A program made the translations under genes and the position numbers. The notes below the pieces were generated by a model. The model saw nothing but the letters and a program-made list of their open reading frames with translations. It had not been told where the DNA came from and searched no databases. This document shows, in pieces, positions 32,520-47,651 of a stretch of DNA of 64,000 bases. Position 1 is the first letter of the stretch. The number at the start of each line of letters is the position of its first letter. Where the stretch lies: assembly GCF_009914755.1 (NCBI RefSeq), contig NC_060929.1. The stretch is one strand, 5' to 3'. The DNA comes from the human T2T-CHM13v2.0 reference genome, Homo sapiens.

Positions 32520-34528
32520 GTACACAATACTTGTGACTTAATAAACATATTCTTAAATAAATAATAAATATTCCCCTCTTTTGAAGCCAATGGCTTTAAT
32601 TGGTTTCAGTTAATGCAGCTATAGATCTACAAGTGGTATGGAAACCAGATTGAGTAAAAGCCAAGAGAGGGTTAGGTCATTCCTAGGGTAGATTTCCAAC
32701 TACACTATTCTCTAAATAAATGTTCACAGATGCAGATAAGCCTGTGAACATCTCCTGAGAAAGTGGGTTATTTATGCTGTAGATAATTTTATTTACTATG
32801 GGCCATCTCTACTCACAACCAATTTAAATGTTTGAAATGAATCAACCAGTTATAGTTTCATGTTGGTAATGCAGCAGTCTAACCCAAAAGTGTGGTGGTA
32901 GACATATTTAGAGCAGCTAAATCGGAACTTAACAGGTTTATATGTTAATGCACATATATTTCATTCTCAAAAAATACTTCAGGCCCTCACTTAAAGTCTA
33001 TTTAATCTTGTTTTACACAAATATTATCAAATTTGACTCTCTGGTTTCCCAGAAGATCAAAAAGGAGGGAGAAAAATGCTACAGGCCAGCTGGTAGGTAA
33101 ATTGAGATAATTGAAAAATAAATATTAATAATTAGGCAGGGTAAAGAGACTTGTATAAAATCATTTTGCTGAATCTGTTTTTGTTTTTTGTACTTAGAGA
33201 ATCACTATATTATAGCCAAGCACAATTACTGACCTATAATTTATATTGAGACACTAAGAAAAGATTTAACTATGTTCACTAAATTCTGTGGTGGTTAGGG
33301 AGAAGCATGGTGAACACTGTGGCAATATTTACTTGCAAAAATTATTTAGTAGTATTCAAAATTATTTGTTAACTAATAATTGTACTCTATATAGCTGAGA
33401 TAGTAGAATTGCTTCAGTCTCATTTAACTTCTGCCAAAATCATCTATATATTTTTGAGGAGCATAGAGTGGAGAGAAAGAGATTGAGAAGTTAAATAGGT
33501 TAGGTGTTGCTAATCACCATTCTTCATAATGCCCTGGAATGGATGAGATGGCAAATGTGATTCAATTTTTACCACATAGAGTCTCAGTTCCTACAGACCT
33601 CTCATCACATAGAAAGCCCTCACCTAAGCTAAGTAGGATACTAACTTTTAAAGGTATACTTTGGGGGAGGGAAGGTTTACAACAGAGCCAACAAATTACT
33701 TCATCTGGTTTTAAGTCCAAACTGTGATCTGTTGCAATGCCAGGGCTGAGGGGCTGTGGGACTGTCTCTGATAGATTTATAGAGCAATGGTATGGTGATT
33801 GCTAATGTGGTCCCTTACGGATGAATTTTTAAGGTAATGTTACTTTCTTTGATTTTTTGTCATATGTGCCAATCTTCTGATCAAAGCTACAACTGAGAGG
33901 CAACTCTATAGTAATTAAACACACCAAGCAATGTAAGAGACAGAATACTCCCTGGCTTATAGGTACTTTTATCTCTTGTGCCTAGCACATAGTAGGTTTA
34001 TATTAACTTTTAAAAATAAATACTTTTTAAACACTACTTTCCAGTGGAAAACCCAAAAGATACTACTGCTAGTTTACCCAGTATTTATCTGATTATTTCA
34101 GATTACAGTATAATATTTGTGAAAGTAGAAACCTCATCTACCTTTTCCACTTCTATTTCTTGAGGATCTAGTACATGGTAGAAGTGTAATCAATATTCTG
34201 ACATCCGTAAGTGAATGAGTAAATCAATCTAAAGTTGATGTAGGCACTCTTAGTCTTTAAGATGTGTTTTAAATTTTACTAGCAGCTAAGTGAGTCTGGT
34301 TAGGACTAAGAAACATATAGCAAGTAAAATAAGTGACTTTACTTAAGAATTTGAAGAGAAATTAATGACAATTTACATAATTAGTCAAGATCTTAATTGA
34401 CTAACTCATGTTCATCACTTCTGTGCCTTTTAAGACCTTTAGGATGTATGAGAAAACATAAAATGATGTTTACCTATGTTTTAATTGAAAATGTCCAAGT
34501 GAATCAGGGGCTGTAGTAGTTGATTATA

Positions 34529-34640
34529 ATTATGTATGTATGTGTGTATATATATGTTGTATGTATATATATCAAATGTATATATCATATATGTGGGTGT
34601 CTATGTATATAAGTATATATATGTATGTGTGTGTCCATGT
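34529..34640. repeat. Degenerate (TA)n/(TG)n low-complexity tract
   Basis: TATGTATGTATGTGTGTATATATATG... Confidence 0.75.
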
Positions 34641-35599
34641 ACGTATGAAATAGCATTACATCTCAAACACCCACTATGTTATATTTTTCAATGAATCTTT
34701 CCTCATATTCTCCCCTAGACCAACTGACTATGATGCATTCTGGATTTCAGCATCACTTATAAAGGTGAAGCAGACCCACGGGATCTATGAGCCTGTGGGC
34801 AACTAAACAGTAAATTATCATAAACTATATTTTGTCTGATTGCTTGAGAGAAGTTGGAGACATTCTGAGTCGGAATTACTCAATAACTGGCAAGGAGCAA
34901 GAGAACCTTCCCTCTTCAGAAAATAAATTATCTTTCACAATTCATCAAGGGTCTTTCTTAGGAAATCCAAATACCAAGTGAAAGAGTTACTGTCACTCTT
35001 AAGCTGAGTCAGATAAATGTTAACACGGTAGGGAAAAACAATTAGCAAGAAATAGAAAATCAGAAACACAAAATGAGCCCAAATCCATTTTCTTCTCTGA
35101 GAAAATCTTTTTCATTTTGCTTCTCCCAAAAACTTTTCTTTTTTATCTTTATTGTGGATTAGAGAAGTTGCCTCATTCCCCTAGAGTTCTGAAATTTATC
35201 CCTAAGCTTTTTTAAGGGTGAAATTCTAAGGTCTACACTTTATGTATAAGATCTGTCTTCAAGTTGTATTTATTTGTCAGCATAGCTAGATTGAAATTCT
35301 TTGACAGCAGCAATGGTTTTACAGTATTCTGTATTTTGTTTAAGTTAAATTGTACCACTCACACTAATGAAATAGATACAACAAATCATACCACTAGTTT
35401 CACAAGCCATTGCTCCCTTATGTTCTCAAATATTGACTTGGCTTCATTTTAGAAGGCTGTACCTGACCTACTGGAATATAATATATTCATAAATGGCCTC
35501 TTTCTGAAAGCTATTTGCAAAAAAAAAAATTTCCCTCTCTTTCGTTGTCCAAAGGCTTGGTGATTTAGTGGACAGTCTAAATCTTCTGAAATTTGTTTG

Positions 35600-35601
<2 letters not shown>

Positions 35602-35642
<41 letters not shown>
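35602..35642. repeat. (AC)20 microsatellite
   Basis: uninterrupted AC dinucleotide run. Confidence 0.97.
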
Positions 35643-35645
<3 letters not shown>

Positions 35646-36369
35646 ATCACACAAATGCAAACAAAAAAGAGAATGCTTGATATGGCAATATTAAATCTAG
35701 AACAGACAAAAATGTTTGGCATGTTTTCTGGCCTTCAATCTAGTAAATAAGTGGACTACCAAAAATAAAGGAAAAAAATAAAACTGGGCAAGTAGAGAAG
35801 ACAAAGCAGGACAAAGATGTTGTGTTCCTGGAAGCATATTCGAGATAAAAGGAAAATATAAATCAAGCTGAGAAAATGTCCTTTGAGTGGCTTCCTGATG
35901 GAATGACACAATCACATGTTGAGAGCCATATGGGAGAGTTCAAACAGTTTTAGACCTGAGCCCAGAGGGCACTGAGGAGCCTGGCTGGGAGAGTAATTTG
36001 TTTTGTTTCTTGGAAGGAAGGCCAGAATGACTGATGCTTTGACAGTTCTGCTGGCTGATCAGCAACTCCCCCAACATTTCCTAAGCCTTTTATGAGAGAT
36101 AAGACTAGAAGGGCAGAGACTATGTAGAGGGCGATGACAGGGAACAACACTCAGACTAAAAAGAGAGCCTGACACTACAAGCACATTCTAGTCAGACACA
36201 AGCTCGCACTGATTAAGCTGTTCACATGATTTTATATGGCCACTTTTACCAAGCTGTGTTTCTTCAAAAAAGAGCGACTTGTATTTCCATTGATATTAGG
36301 AAAATGGTAGGGTCTTTTAACATAAAATTGTGACACCACTTCCTCCTTTTACCGAAGTAAAAAATTTGA

Positions 36370-36687
<318 letters not shown>

Positions 36688-37056
36688 GATTTTTTTTCTT
36701 AAAAAATAGATGGCTACAAGAAAACATTTTCATTTTGGTTTAGAGGAAATCACACACTGAAAGTTTAAATTTTGTGCAGCATACAACCTACATATTAGAG
36801 AATTTCTATTATCAGAAATTAAATTAAATTCATTTCTAACCAGCAAAGAAATACTAGAAATTCAACATTTAAAATACTTCTCATTATTAACAAACTAAAG
36901 ACAAACTGTTGGAGAGTAAAAGATGTCAAAGAATTAAAAATGTGAGGTATTTGCATATATAGCTGCTCTCTGAAACCAATCTATCCCACCCAGAGAACTC
37001 CATGTAGACACAGATTACATGCTGAAAAATATACACGCTAAAGCAGTGTTATAAGT

Positions 37057-37390
37057 GATATAAAAGACAAAAAAAATGCATCAAGCAGTTAAGGAGATAA
37101 TTTTATTTAGGCCTTTATAATCAGGAGAATGTAAATATTCATTAATGAGAAACATCTTAAAAGGAAGAGGACTTGGGCCCCAAAATTAGACAAAGGAGTC
37201 ATCAGATAATCTTTTAGGAGTCATCATAATGATGGAGACATGTGTTATCTAAGTCACTGAGGAAAGATGGAGATGGATTTTATCTTGCAATATGAGATTT
37301 CAGGTGGTCCTTGGTGGTTAACCATTCCTGAAACCCATTAAAGTGTGGAAATTTTTTCTAAAAGCACAGGTCTCAGACAAAGTTCAATGT
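37057..37390 (-). mobile_element. Old ERV1-class LTR remnant (MER90/MER110-like; name uncertain)
   Basis: minus-strand start TTGAACTTTGTCTGAGACCTGTGCT; AGGTGGTCCTT motif. Confidence 0.4.
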
Positions 37391-37589
37391 GGCAATGGAA
37401 AGTAAAAAGGTGTCCACCTAGTTCTGGTTGCATGCATGCGGCACTAACCTTTCATTGGAGTAAGGTTTTCTGTACTGATTGCTATAATGTGTCTAAATTA
37501 TTTATCAGAGTCTCAAGAAAAGAGAAGGAAAGAAAGGGGAGGGGATACAAGGGGTGTTGAGAGTTTCAATATTAATTAAGCAGAGCAGT

Positions 37590-38640
<1,051 letters not shown>

Positions 38641-39427
38641 AACATCACAGAATTCTTAGTATGCAGAGACTCACCATCCTAATTCAGGTAGTTTGAAACG
38701 ACCGTGAAATCTGCACTTGGGAAATACATGCAAGGTGATTTTGATGCAGAAAGTTCAGAGATGATTCACAGAATTTCCTTCCAGGGGAACTTAATTTAAA
38801 AAATGTAATTGTGAGCCCTTAGACTTGAAACTTTGGCTTTGATGAATAAGCCTGCAGAACTCAAAATAATAAGTAATAACTGCTAATAATCTTTGAGCCC
38901 TCATTCTCTTTCAGGTAACTTTTAGAATTTTTAAACTTATTTTTAAATTTTTAATTTTAAATACAGATTTACAAAAAAGTTGCAAAAATACTATAAGAAG
39001 CTCCCTTATACTCTTCTTTCAGTTTCTCCAAATGTTAAGTTACATAGCCATACTACAAGTATAAAAATCAGGAAATTAATAATATATTACTATTAATTAG
39101 TACCTACCTTATGAAAATTTCCGTAATTGTCTCATTCATGTCATGCTTCTGGTCTAGGAGCCAATCAAGAATCGCACATGGCATTTATTAGTCATTTCTC
39201 TTTAGTCTTCCAGTTTGTGACTGTCCCTCCGTCCCTGAGTCTTCCTTTGTCTTTCATGCCTTGATACTTTTAAAGAATACTGGCCAGTTATTTGTAAAAT
39301 TTTTCTCAATCTGGGTTTGTTTGATATTTATTCATGATGAATTAATGTTACACATTTTTAGGAAGAATATTGCAGTAGTAATGCCGTCCTCTTCTTAGTA
39401 AATTTGAAGACACACAATTTTGATATA

Positions 39428-39700
39428 TAGTCATGTAATGCGTAACAATGTTTTTGGACAACAATAGACCACATATAGCACAGTGGTTTCATAAGTTTAT
39501 AACACCATAGTTTTACTGTACCTTTTCTATCTTTAGATACATAAATGCTTACCATTATATTATAATTGCCTACAGTATTCAGTACAGTAACTTAATGTGA
39601 AGCTTTTTAGCCTAGGAACAATAGTCTATACCATGCAGGTTGTATAAGTACACTCTGATGTTCCCACAAAGACAAAATTGCCAAATGCATTTCTCAGATC
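39428..39700 (+). mobile_element. Tigger3a/MER7-like DNA transposon nested in L1MC
   Basis: AGTCATG...TAACAATGTTT...TTACTGTACCTTTTCTAT...TTGCCTACAGTATTCAGTACAGTAAC...TAAGTACACTCT...GCATTTCTCAGA. Confidence 0.8.
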
Positions 39701-42323
39701 ATTTGGATCATGTCTACTAGGTTTCTCCTCTGGACTTTTCCAAATAGTGACATTTTATTTCCATCAATCCTTCCTCATTTATTAATTCAAATTCTACCAT
39801 AAGAAAGAGCTTTCCCTTCTTCATTCATCCATTTCAGTATAGACTAATAGACATTTTTCATCATATGAGTTATAATACATCACTATAATGAGTTTTTGCT
39901 CAAATAGTTCCAGATTTTGTCTTGGGATCTCCTTCAATTTATCTTCTGTGTGTTTTCAACCAGCTCATGTTATTTTTTGAATGCTACCTTATTTTTCAGC
40001 ACTACAAAATGTTCCAAATTTGTCTTTATTTTCCCTGCCCCAGTCTTAAAACCAACCATTTCTCCAAGGGGGTCTTGGTTTGTTTTGTTAGAGAATGATG
40101 TTTGATACCAAGATCTGGAAGCTAGGTGTGTTCATTGCCAATGCTGTGTTATTGCTTCTAGGCCATTTCAGAGGAAAGCACTAAAAATATATATATGTAT
40201 TCAACACATACTTCTTCATCTGTCTGTGTAAATATTAAAACCCATGAGTCGTGATTCTAATCTGACACTACAGGGTTCAGTCTAGCCTTTTCCATTTCCC
40301 TGGTGGAAATTCCTTTCTTCAAGGGAGAAAAAAAACTTGTTTCTCATTATCTAGAATATATTCATTTTCTCAATTCTAGAATACAAATAATTTCAAATTT
40401 GCTAATCCATACTTGTGTGAAAAACAAATTTACTAAGTAGAGTACAGTATTTGTATAAAGAGCTTCTGTTTTACCACGTAGAGTCAAAATACTGTTTTCC
40501 AAAGTTACTTGGATTAGTTTTTTTTTGTTCCCAACTGCCTTTACTGTGGTTATTTTATTCATTTGTAATAGAGTTGGATTCATTTGTTATGTTTCTATTT
40601 TATTTTGGATTCCACCCTCATCATGGTGAATTTTGTTTTATTTTTGAGCATGTAGAAACATTAACATGGTTCAAAAAGTCAGTTTTTTGGAAAGTTGTAC
40701 GTAGAGATGTACCAATCCTTCTCATCCCCTGAACCGTATACTCCTTACTCTTTCTTTTTACCATATTCCCACCTATGTCCTCTATTTAACCAATCTGTTA
40801 GCTTCTGGTTTATTCATCCTGTATTTTCTTTTTGCACAAATAAGGAAATACATGTATATTTTCATATGGACCCCTGGTTTTATTTTTCTTACAGAAAAGG
40901 ATGCATACTACAAATACTTTTGCACCTTACATTTTTTTTTTTTTTTTACTGAATAAAATCCTAGGAATAACTACATGTCAGTTCATAGAAATAGTCCTAA
41001 TTCTTTTTTGTAGCTGTATCCTACTCAATTTTCTGAATGTATGATACCTTATTTAGCCACTCTCCAAGGTTTGGGCATTTAAGTTGTCTATAGCACTTTG
41101 CAACTACAAACAATCCTGCAATGAATAACCTTGCGCATATACATTTTTTATATTCCTTGAAGTGGATTCTTAAAATGAGATTGTTAGGTCAAAAGATAAG
41201 TGCATATATAGCTTTGTTATTACCAGATTTCTCTCCAGAAGACTGGTACAAGTTTGTGTTCTCACAAGTGATACATGAAAAAATGCCTATTTTCTCAATG
41301 CCTTGCTAATAAACATGTTATGCTTTTCAATTTTTGGTATTCTTACAGGTGATAAGAGGTACTTCAGTGTTGTTTTAATATGTACTACTTTATAAGTGTG
41401 AATATCTTTAATCTGTTTAATGACTATTTACATAAAATATATATTTGTGAATTATCTGTTTTTCCTCCTTTTTCTATTACATTTTAGTCCTTTGCTCAAT
41501 TTAAAAAGTAGTTTTTTTCTTAATGTATCAGGGGTATTACCTCTTTGTCTGTGGTACATGTTGTAAATATTTTCTCCCAATTTGTCTCTTTCAGCTTTAT
41601 TTATGATATTTTTTCTGTCATGCCACAAATTTTTAATTTTATGAAGTCAAATTTATCAACCTTTCTTTTATTGCATCTGAGTTTTGAGTCAGAGTTTAAA
41701 AGTCTTTTCCTACTCCAAGGTTAAATATGAATTCACCCATGTTTTCTTCCAATATTTGTATGGCTTAATTTTTTAACATTTAAATCCCTAATTTGGAATT
41801 TAGTCTTTCAATGGTTTGAAGTATGGGTCTAACCATATTTATTTTTTTCCAAATGGCTACCCACTAGTTACAGCATTGTTTATTTAAAAGTTCACTTTTG
41901 TCTCTGTGATTTGAGATGCTACTTTATCATATACTAAATTTGTATATGTACTTGAGTATATTTCTGGGCTTTCCTATTACTTTCCTACTGGTGTATCTGT
42001 CTGTTCATGGGATAATACAATACTATTTGAATTATAGACTTATGGTATATTTTAACGTCTGACAATGCTAATTCCTCCCTTGCATTTTTTATTTATTTTT
42101 ACATTTTTCCTGGCTATTTTTGAATGTTTGCTTTTCTTTATGGGATTTTTGCATAAACTTATCTAATTCCAAAATAAAGTTTTTTGGTATTTGTATTGGA
42201 TTTTGCACAATTTATAAATTAACTTAGAATAATTCACTTTAGGACATTGAGTCATCACATCCAAAAATCAGAGTATCTTTCCATTTGTTCAAATCTTTGT
42301 GTCTTTCAAGAGAAGAATAAAGC

Positions 42324-42521
42324 TTTTTTTTTTTAATACTTTAAGTTCTGGGGTACATGTGCAGAACGTGCAGTTTTGTTACAGAGGTATACACATGCCA
42401 TGGTGGTTTGCTGCACCCATCAACCCATCACCTACATTAGGTATTTCTCCTAATGCTCTCCCTCGCCTAGCCCCTCACGCCCTAACAGGCTCCGGTTCGT
42501 GATGTTCCCCTCCTTGTGTCC
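42324..42521 (-). mobile_element. L1PA8-like 200-bp 3' fragment nested in L1MC
   Basis: ATACTTTAAGTTCTGGGGTACATGTGCAGAACGTGCAG...CATCAACCCATCACCTACATTAGG; 18-bp TSD AGAGAAG(A/T)ATAAAG(C/T)TTT at 42309-42326 and 42522-42539. Confidence 0.92.
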
Positions 42522-42654
42522 AGAGAAGTATAAAGTTTTATTCATGTATGCTTTGTACATTTCTTGAATTTATTTCTAGGTGTTTAATCTTCTTTGTCAT
42601 AAATGAGTTTTCCTCTTCCATGATGTCCTCTAACTGGATACTGTTTCAAATATC

Positions 42655-42810
42655 TTTATCAGTCCTTTTCATGTATTATCTCATTTAATTTTCACAACAA
42701 CCATGTGAGATACATTTTTCTCCAAATACACACAACTAGTAGTAGCTGCCAAAGCAGGAGTTCTAAGGCAGGCAATCTGATTTCGATGTGCTATACTGCC
42801 TACTTTCCAC
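42655..42810 (-). mobile_element. MIR remnant
   Basis: ATGTATTATCTCATTTAATTTTCACAACAACCATGTGAG...AGGCAATCTGA. Confidence 0.65.
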
Positions 42811-43099
42811 TATTACTTTGTTTAGGAGTTTATCTAGAAACCATGGGCAACAATCTAATATTATTGTAGTAGTGCAAAGGAACATCCAAAGGCAAGGGGT
42901 CAAATTTGAAAGTTTTAACATGAGAACTCTGACCATGTCCGGCAACTTAACTCCAGAAGAGAAGAGGTAATGTAAGGGGTAGTAGTATATGGCTCCTTCT
43001 TCTTGCCTCCACGTCTAGCTGCAGCTCTGAAAAAAAGGAGGAAGCAGAATAAAGATCACAACTCTCTGGGCACAGGAGAATACAGCATAATTTTTTGGG

Positions 43100-43436
43100 T
43101 TGGGAGGTGTTTGGGCCATGGGGGTGGATCCCTCATGAGTGGCTTGGTGCTGTCCTCATGGTAGTAAGTGAGTTCTCGCTCTATTAATTCCCATGAGAGC
43201 TGGTTGTTAAAAAGAGTCTGGCAACTCCCCCATCTCTTTTTTGCTTCTTCTCTCACCACGTGAGCTCTGCACACACTGGCTCCCCTTCATCTTCCACCAT
43301 GAGTGGAAGCAGCCCGAGGCTTTCATCAGATGCCCAGTCTTCCAGCCAGCAGAATTGTGAGTTAAATAAATCTTTTTTCTTTATAAATTACCCAGCCTAA
43401 GGTATTCCTTTATAGTGAAACTAAATAGACTAACAC
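43100..43436 (+). mobile_element. MSTB-like MaLR LTR, 5'-truncated
   Basis: GGGAGGTGTTTGGGCCATGGGGGTGGATCCCTCATGA...TTTATAAATTACCCAGCC...AGACTAACA. Confidence 0.88.
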
Positions 43437-43844
43437 TTCCCTAATGCTGGAGGGGTTAAGCTGTTCAGGATGGTATTTATGCTGCTCATCTCACTGCATC
43501 AAGTTAAGCACACAGACTGCTTAATGATGCTTGTATCTGTTTTTTGTTGTTGTTGGGTTTCTTTGCCTCAACAAAAATGCATTTCTCTTTTTGGTAGTAG
43601 GTTTTCAGAAGATAGTTTCCAACTTTGAGGAACACTTTCAACAGAGTCCTTGGTGATAGATTAAGCCCTTTGATATGATAGATTCCCTGTTTAGAAGACT
43701 ATAAAAATAGACAACTACAATTACGACTGTCAAGGCAGTCAACCTTTCAGTCACGCAAACACCACTGCAATATTCTCGAAAACAAAATCTGTAATAGTAT
43801 TCATTACAAATGGCAGCATAAAGTGAGCTCAGTTTGCCTGGGAG

Positions 43845-44831
43845 AAGCATAATATGGTTTTTATTTGTGCATTTATCTAAATGGGGAAAATGATCTTATC
43901 CCAGGTATAAAAATACTGAACAGTCAGCCCAGGCAATACCAGGAAAGCTGAAGAGAAGGTTGAAAGGAAAGAAGGTATAGAGAAGCAAAGTAAAAGGTCC
44001 CCCATTGTTGACATCTGTCCTCTTTACTTAATTGCCAGTATTAACTACAGACAAGGCTTTCAGTAATAGCAAAGAGTTAAAACAAGCCAGAAACAAAGAA
44101 AAGTAATTTAGAAGAGGGGATAAGAAGTCAGAGTTCCTCATGCAGTACTTTATCTTAGAGAAGAAAGCTTTTACCTATATTTAATAAGTTGGTGGGAGGC
44201 AAGAGAGTCAACATGGAACAAATTATATATTTTCATTTCATGTTTGTTTTTCAGTGATTTGAGACTTCTGGGATTTCAGCCTTTCATAGCAGTAACTCTG
44301 CTCAATATTATAGAATGTATCACCTTGGAAAAGCAATTGCAAAATGCTTCTTTGTATTCTCTTTGTGCACTGAGTGGGCTGGAATCATTCTCTTCAAACA
44401 TTATTTACAACTCAATGTAATGAGCACACGTAGTCAGTAAGGCTTTTAAAACTTAATGAGAAATAGAAAACTTTAGGGGATATTTCTCAATATGCTCAGT
44501 GTCTACAACTAGGTCTGTGGTTTAAAAAGAGCACTCTGGCCTTAGCGTATATTTTATTTTCAGAACAATGGACTGAGAAACAAAGACATCCATCTTGTCT
44601 GGGACCTAATTAAGAAGGAGAAAACAAAGGAGGAAGGAAAGGAAGGAAAGAAAAGAATCATGAAAGGAAGAAGATAAAGCATAACCTGTTTTTTGTATTA
44701 GCGTTCTGCAAAATGGGGAAAATGATCTTATCCTAGGTATAAAAATATTGTGCAATCAGCCCAGGCAATATAGGGAAGCTGGAGGAAACAATGAGAGGGG
44801 AGAATGTACAGAGAAACAAGGTAGAAGGTCC
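43845..44831. repeat. Dispersed direct duplication, copies at about 43845-44000 and 44677-44831 (offset about 832)
   Basis: AAATGGGGAAAATGATCTTATCC(C/T)AGGTATAAAAATA is 36/37 identical; the next 85 bp are about 75% identical. Confidence 0.9.
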
Positions 44832-46232
44832 TTTTCCCTGGATTATTCTTGTTTTGACTTTCAAATGAGGTGAGGAGGAGGGGAAGCTTTTCTGAGATGA
44901 TTAATTGGGAGGCCAGAATTAAACTCACTACACGGACCGTGTTGAAGGAGAGGTGGAAACCCTACCTCTACTAATTTATTAAAGGAATAAAAGCACAAAA
45001 TATCAAAAAGAACAATAAATTAGAAACCTGATGCTCCTCTTGGCTCCACAGTGCGTGGTCTCTATGGTCTTGACAATTTAATCAACCTCTCTAACAATCT
45101 GTCTCATGATCTTTGAAAGAAAACGTTTGGGGGAGAGGTCACTTCCACTCCTAAAATTTAAATATTAAATTCAGTTTCCTTAGAGGTATTGAAAGTTGGA
45201 ATTTTTAAAACAGTGTGAAAGAGAAGAGAGATATTTGTGAATGTTAAGTACTTTTTATCTGATTATGCTTAGAAAACTCCACAAGTTTTATAATATGCTC
45301 ACTGCCTTTGTTTTTTTCCATTTTCTTAGTCCTTAAATATATCTTTACTCACAAAGTAATGGATCATTCTCTTAATCCTTCAATTTCCGTTATTTCAGAG
45401 GCTTACATTATATTGGGAAAGATAGGGAATTGGAAAACAGGGCTAAAAACACACTGAAAAATCTCGGACTGTAGCAAATTAACTAATAGCATTTTATGTG
45501 TGTATTATAATCAACTAATTAATCACTTAGCTATTTTAATAATATGTAAAACATTGTTTACTTGTAATATTACTCTACAAGGAGTTTTCTCTTCCAGAAT
45601 AATTCCAATATATGTTCACTAATAAGATACAGACTCATAAAATCCCATGATGAATAGTTATGCCATTCCATTCCTTATGCATCAGAAAGTATAGGATATT
45701 TTTGGTTCTACCTTTTGGGTTTAAATCTGTAATCCAACTATGTCCAAGATTTTATACTTTACCTCTTGTGATAAAGTATAACTTGAGTATAAGAGCCATG
45801 TTAAAAAAGTTTTTTGAACAGTGGAACAAAACCGAATAGAGCAAAATGTACACATATGAGGAATTCTATGCTGCTCAAAATTAATCTCTTGGTGATTTCT
45901 TAGAAGACAAAGATCCTGAGTAGCTTTAGAGTTTAGTGGCTTTGTTGCAGTTTCCTAAGCTCCACTTCCTCCTTGAATCCAAACCACAAGCCTCACAAAA
46001 TTCCAGTAACAGCTTCAAGTGAAAGTTCAACATTTAATGATTGAAACTGTCAAAACTTTTAATGACACAGCTAACAGTAGAGTTGAAGAGAGCTGTCTCA
46101 TAGGCTACCAAATTTTAGGGCTGAAAAGAAATAATTTAGCCCAATAATCTAATTATAGAGATGAGGAAACATGCCCAGGTGGTTTTTTTTCAAGGCCACA
46201 AAACTTATTAATGGTAGTGTTTTAGTTAGAAG

Positions 46233-46503
46233 GTTTTGTTTTGTTTTTCACTTTTATGTTCAGGATACATGTGCAAGTTTGCTACATAGGCAAACTTATA
46301 ACATGGGAGTTTGTTGTATAGATTATTTCATCACCCAGGTATTAAGCCTAGTACCCATTAGTTATTTTTCCTGATCCTTTCCCTCCTCCCACACTCCATC
46401 CTCCCATAGGCCCCAGTGAGGGTTGTTCCCCTCTATGTGTCCATGTGTTCTCATCATTTAGCTCCTACTTATAAGTGAGAACATGTGGTATTTGACTTTC
46501 TGT
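46233..46503 (-). mobile_element. L1PA11-13-like 3' fragment inserted in a MIR remnant
   Basis: TTATTTCATCACCCAGGTATTAAGCCTAGTACCCATTAGTTATTTTTCCTGATCCT; TAGAAG on both sides. Confidence 0.88.
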
Positions 46504-47274
46504 AGAAGCCAAGTTTTTAAACTCCTAGTTTAGTCTACTTTTACCATACTTTTATTGCATGTGTGTAGCACTGCATGAGAAAAATCATAACTAAAGCAAG
46601 CTTTGTTCACTGGGGTAAAATCTCTTGCCTTTTGCATGTGTTTCCATGCAGAGGCATCCCATTTGAACAACACTCTTTGTCTTTTTCTGCTTCACTTCCT
46701 CATTCCCTTGGGAGGAGAAGGATCTAACTGATTGGTGAGTTTGGGAGCAGGAATTGCTGGTATTTCCCTCCCTTATATCAGGAGCCAGTATGTGCTCAGG
46801 CAAAGCAGGCTAGAGGTAAATGCTGTGCCCCTGCAGGTGAGGCCTGCTCTTCTCTAGAGCTGCCTATGACAAGATAGTCAAGTTTCTTTTAGGCCATTTG
46901 GTCAACTGACTTCCAGCCTTTATGATTAATAAAGGTAATAATTTGACATCTCTTGCCATTTATCTCTAGCTCCACTTTGTTCCAACCTGCATGGGAAAAA
47001 GAAACTTACTAAGTTGCCTAAAATTCCACTTATTTTAACCTGGGATAGTCTAGACTTTCTTTCATCCTACAATATTTACTTTAAGACAATAATAAATAGA
47101 ATCTTTTTAGAATTATTGTTTAAGGCACTACTCTATAAGCAATATGTGAGAACCAACTTTATATAAGACTTGGTCTCCAAAATAAAATAATTTGCTCTTT
47201 AATAAAGGAAAGAAGCTATCTCTTCACTTAACACTCCCTTACCCCTTTCTATTCTGATGCTCTGACACTTTTCT

Positions 47275-47395
47275 GTCCAGCAGAGCTGGGTGTTATCCCA
47301 GCTATGCTAATTACCAGCTATGTGACCATGGCCAAATAACAACTTTTCTCTCAGCCCCAGAACCCACATCTGTAAGTGGGGATAATAATTGCAGT
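47275..47395 (+). mobile_element. MIR remnant
   Basis: TTACCAGCTATGTGACCATGGCCAA...CATCTGTAAGTGGGGATAATAA. Confidence 0.7.
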
Positions 47396-47499
47396 TGAGA
47401 TAATTTTAATGCACTAAATTCTATAGGGGACAAATAATAATCTTTTATTCAACTTCCATGGACTGTTACTTGGAATTTTTCCCTGGTAGAAGAGGGGTG

Positions 47500-47651
47500 A
47501 AAGACAGGATACATTTTGTCTTTATAATTCTATGTCCTGTTTTTAGGCAAATGAAAGGAGGGCAGAGAGCTTTTCTGTATCAGCTTATTCTTAATTGCCT
47601 TTGGCTCAACAATCCTTCAGATTTTGGGGTGGCATATTCTGGTCTCCTACA
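47500..47651 (-). mobile_element. MER34-like ERV1 LTR 5' fragment
   Basis: minus-strand start TGTAGGAGACCAGAATATGCCACCCCAAAAT. Confidence 0.7.

Larger units (their letters stand above)
38930..42650 (-). mobile_element. Old L1MC-like 3' portion (3'UTR plus ORF2 end) carrying nested insertions
   Basis: ACAGATTTACAAAAAAGTTGCAAAAATA..., CCCTGCCCCAGTC...CCATTTCTCCAAGG...ACCAAGATCTGG, T-rich ORF2-antisense text to about 42650. Confidence 0.75.
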
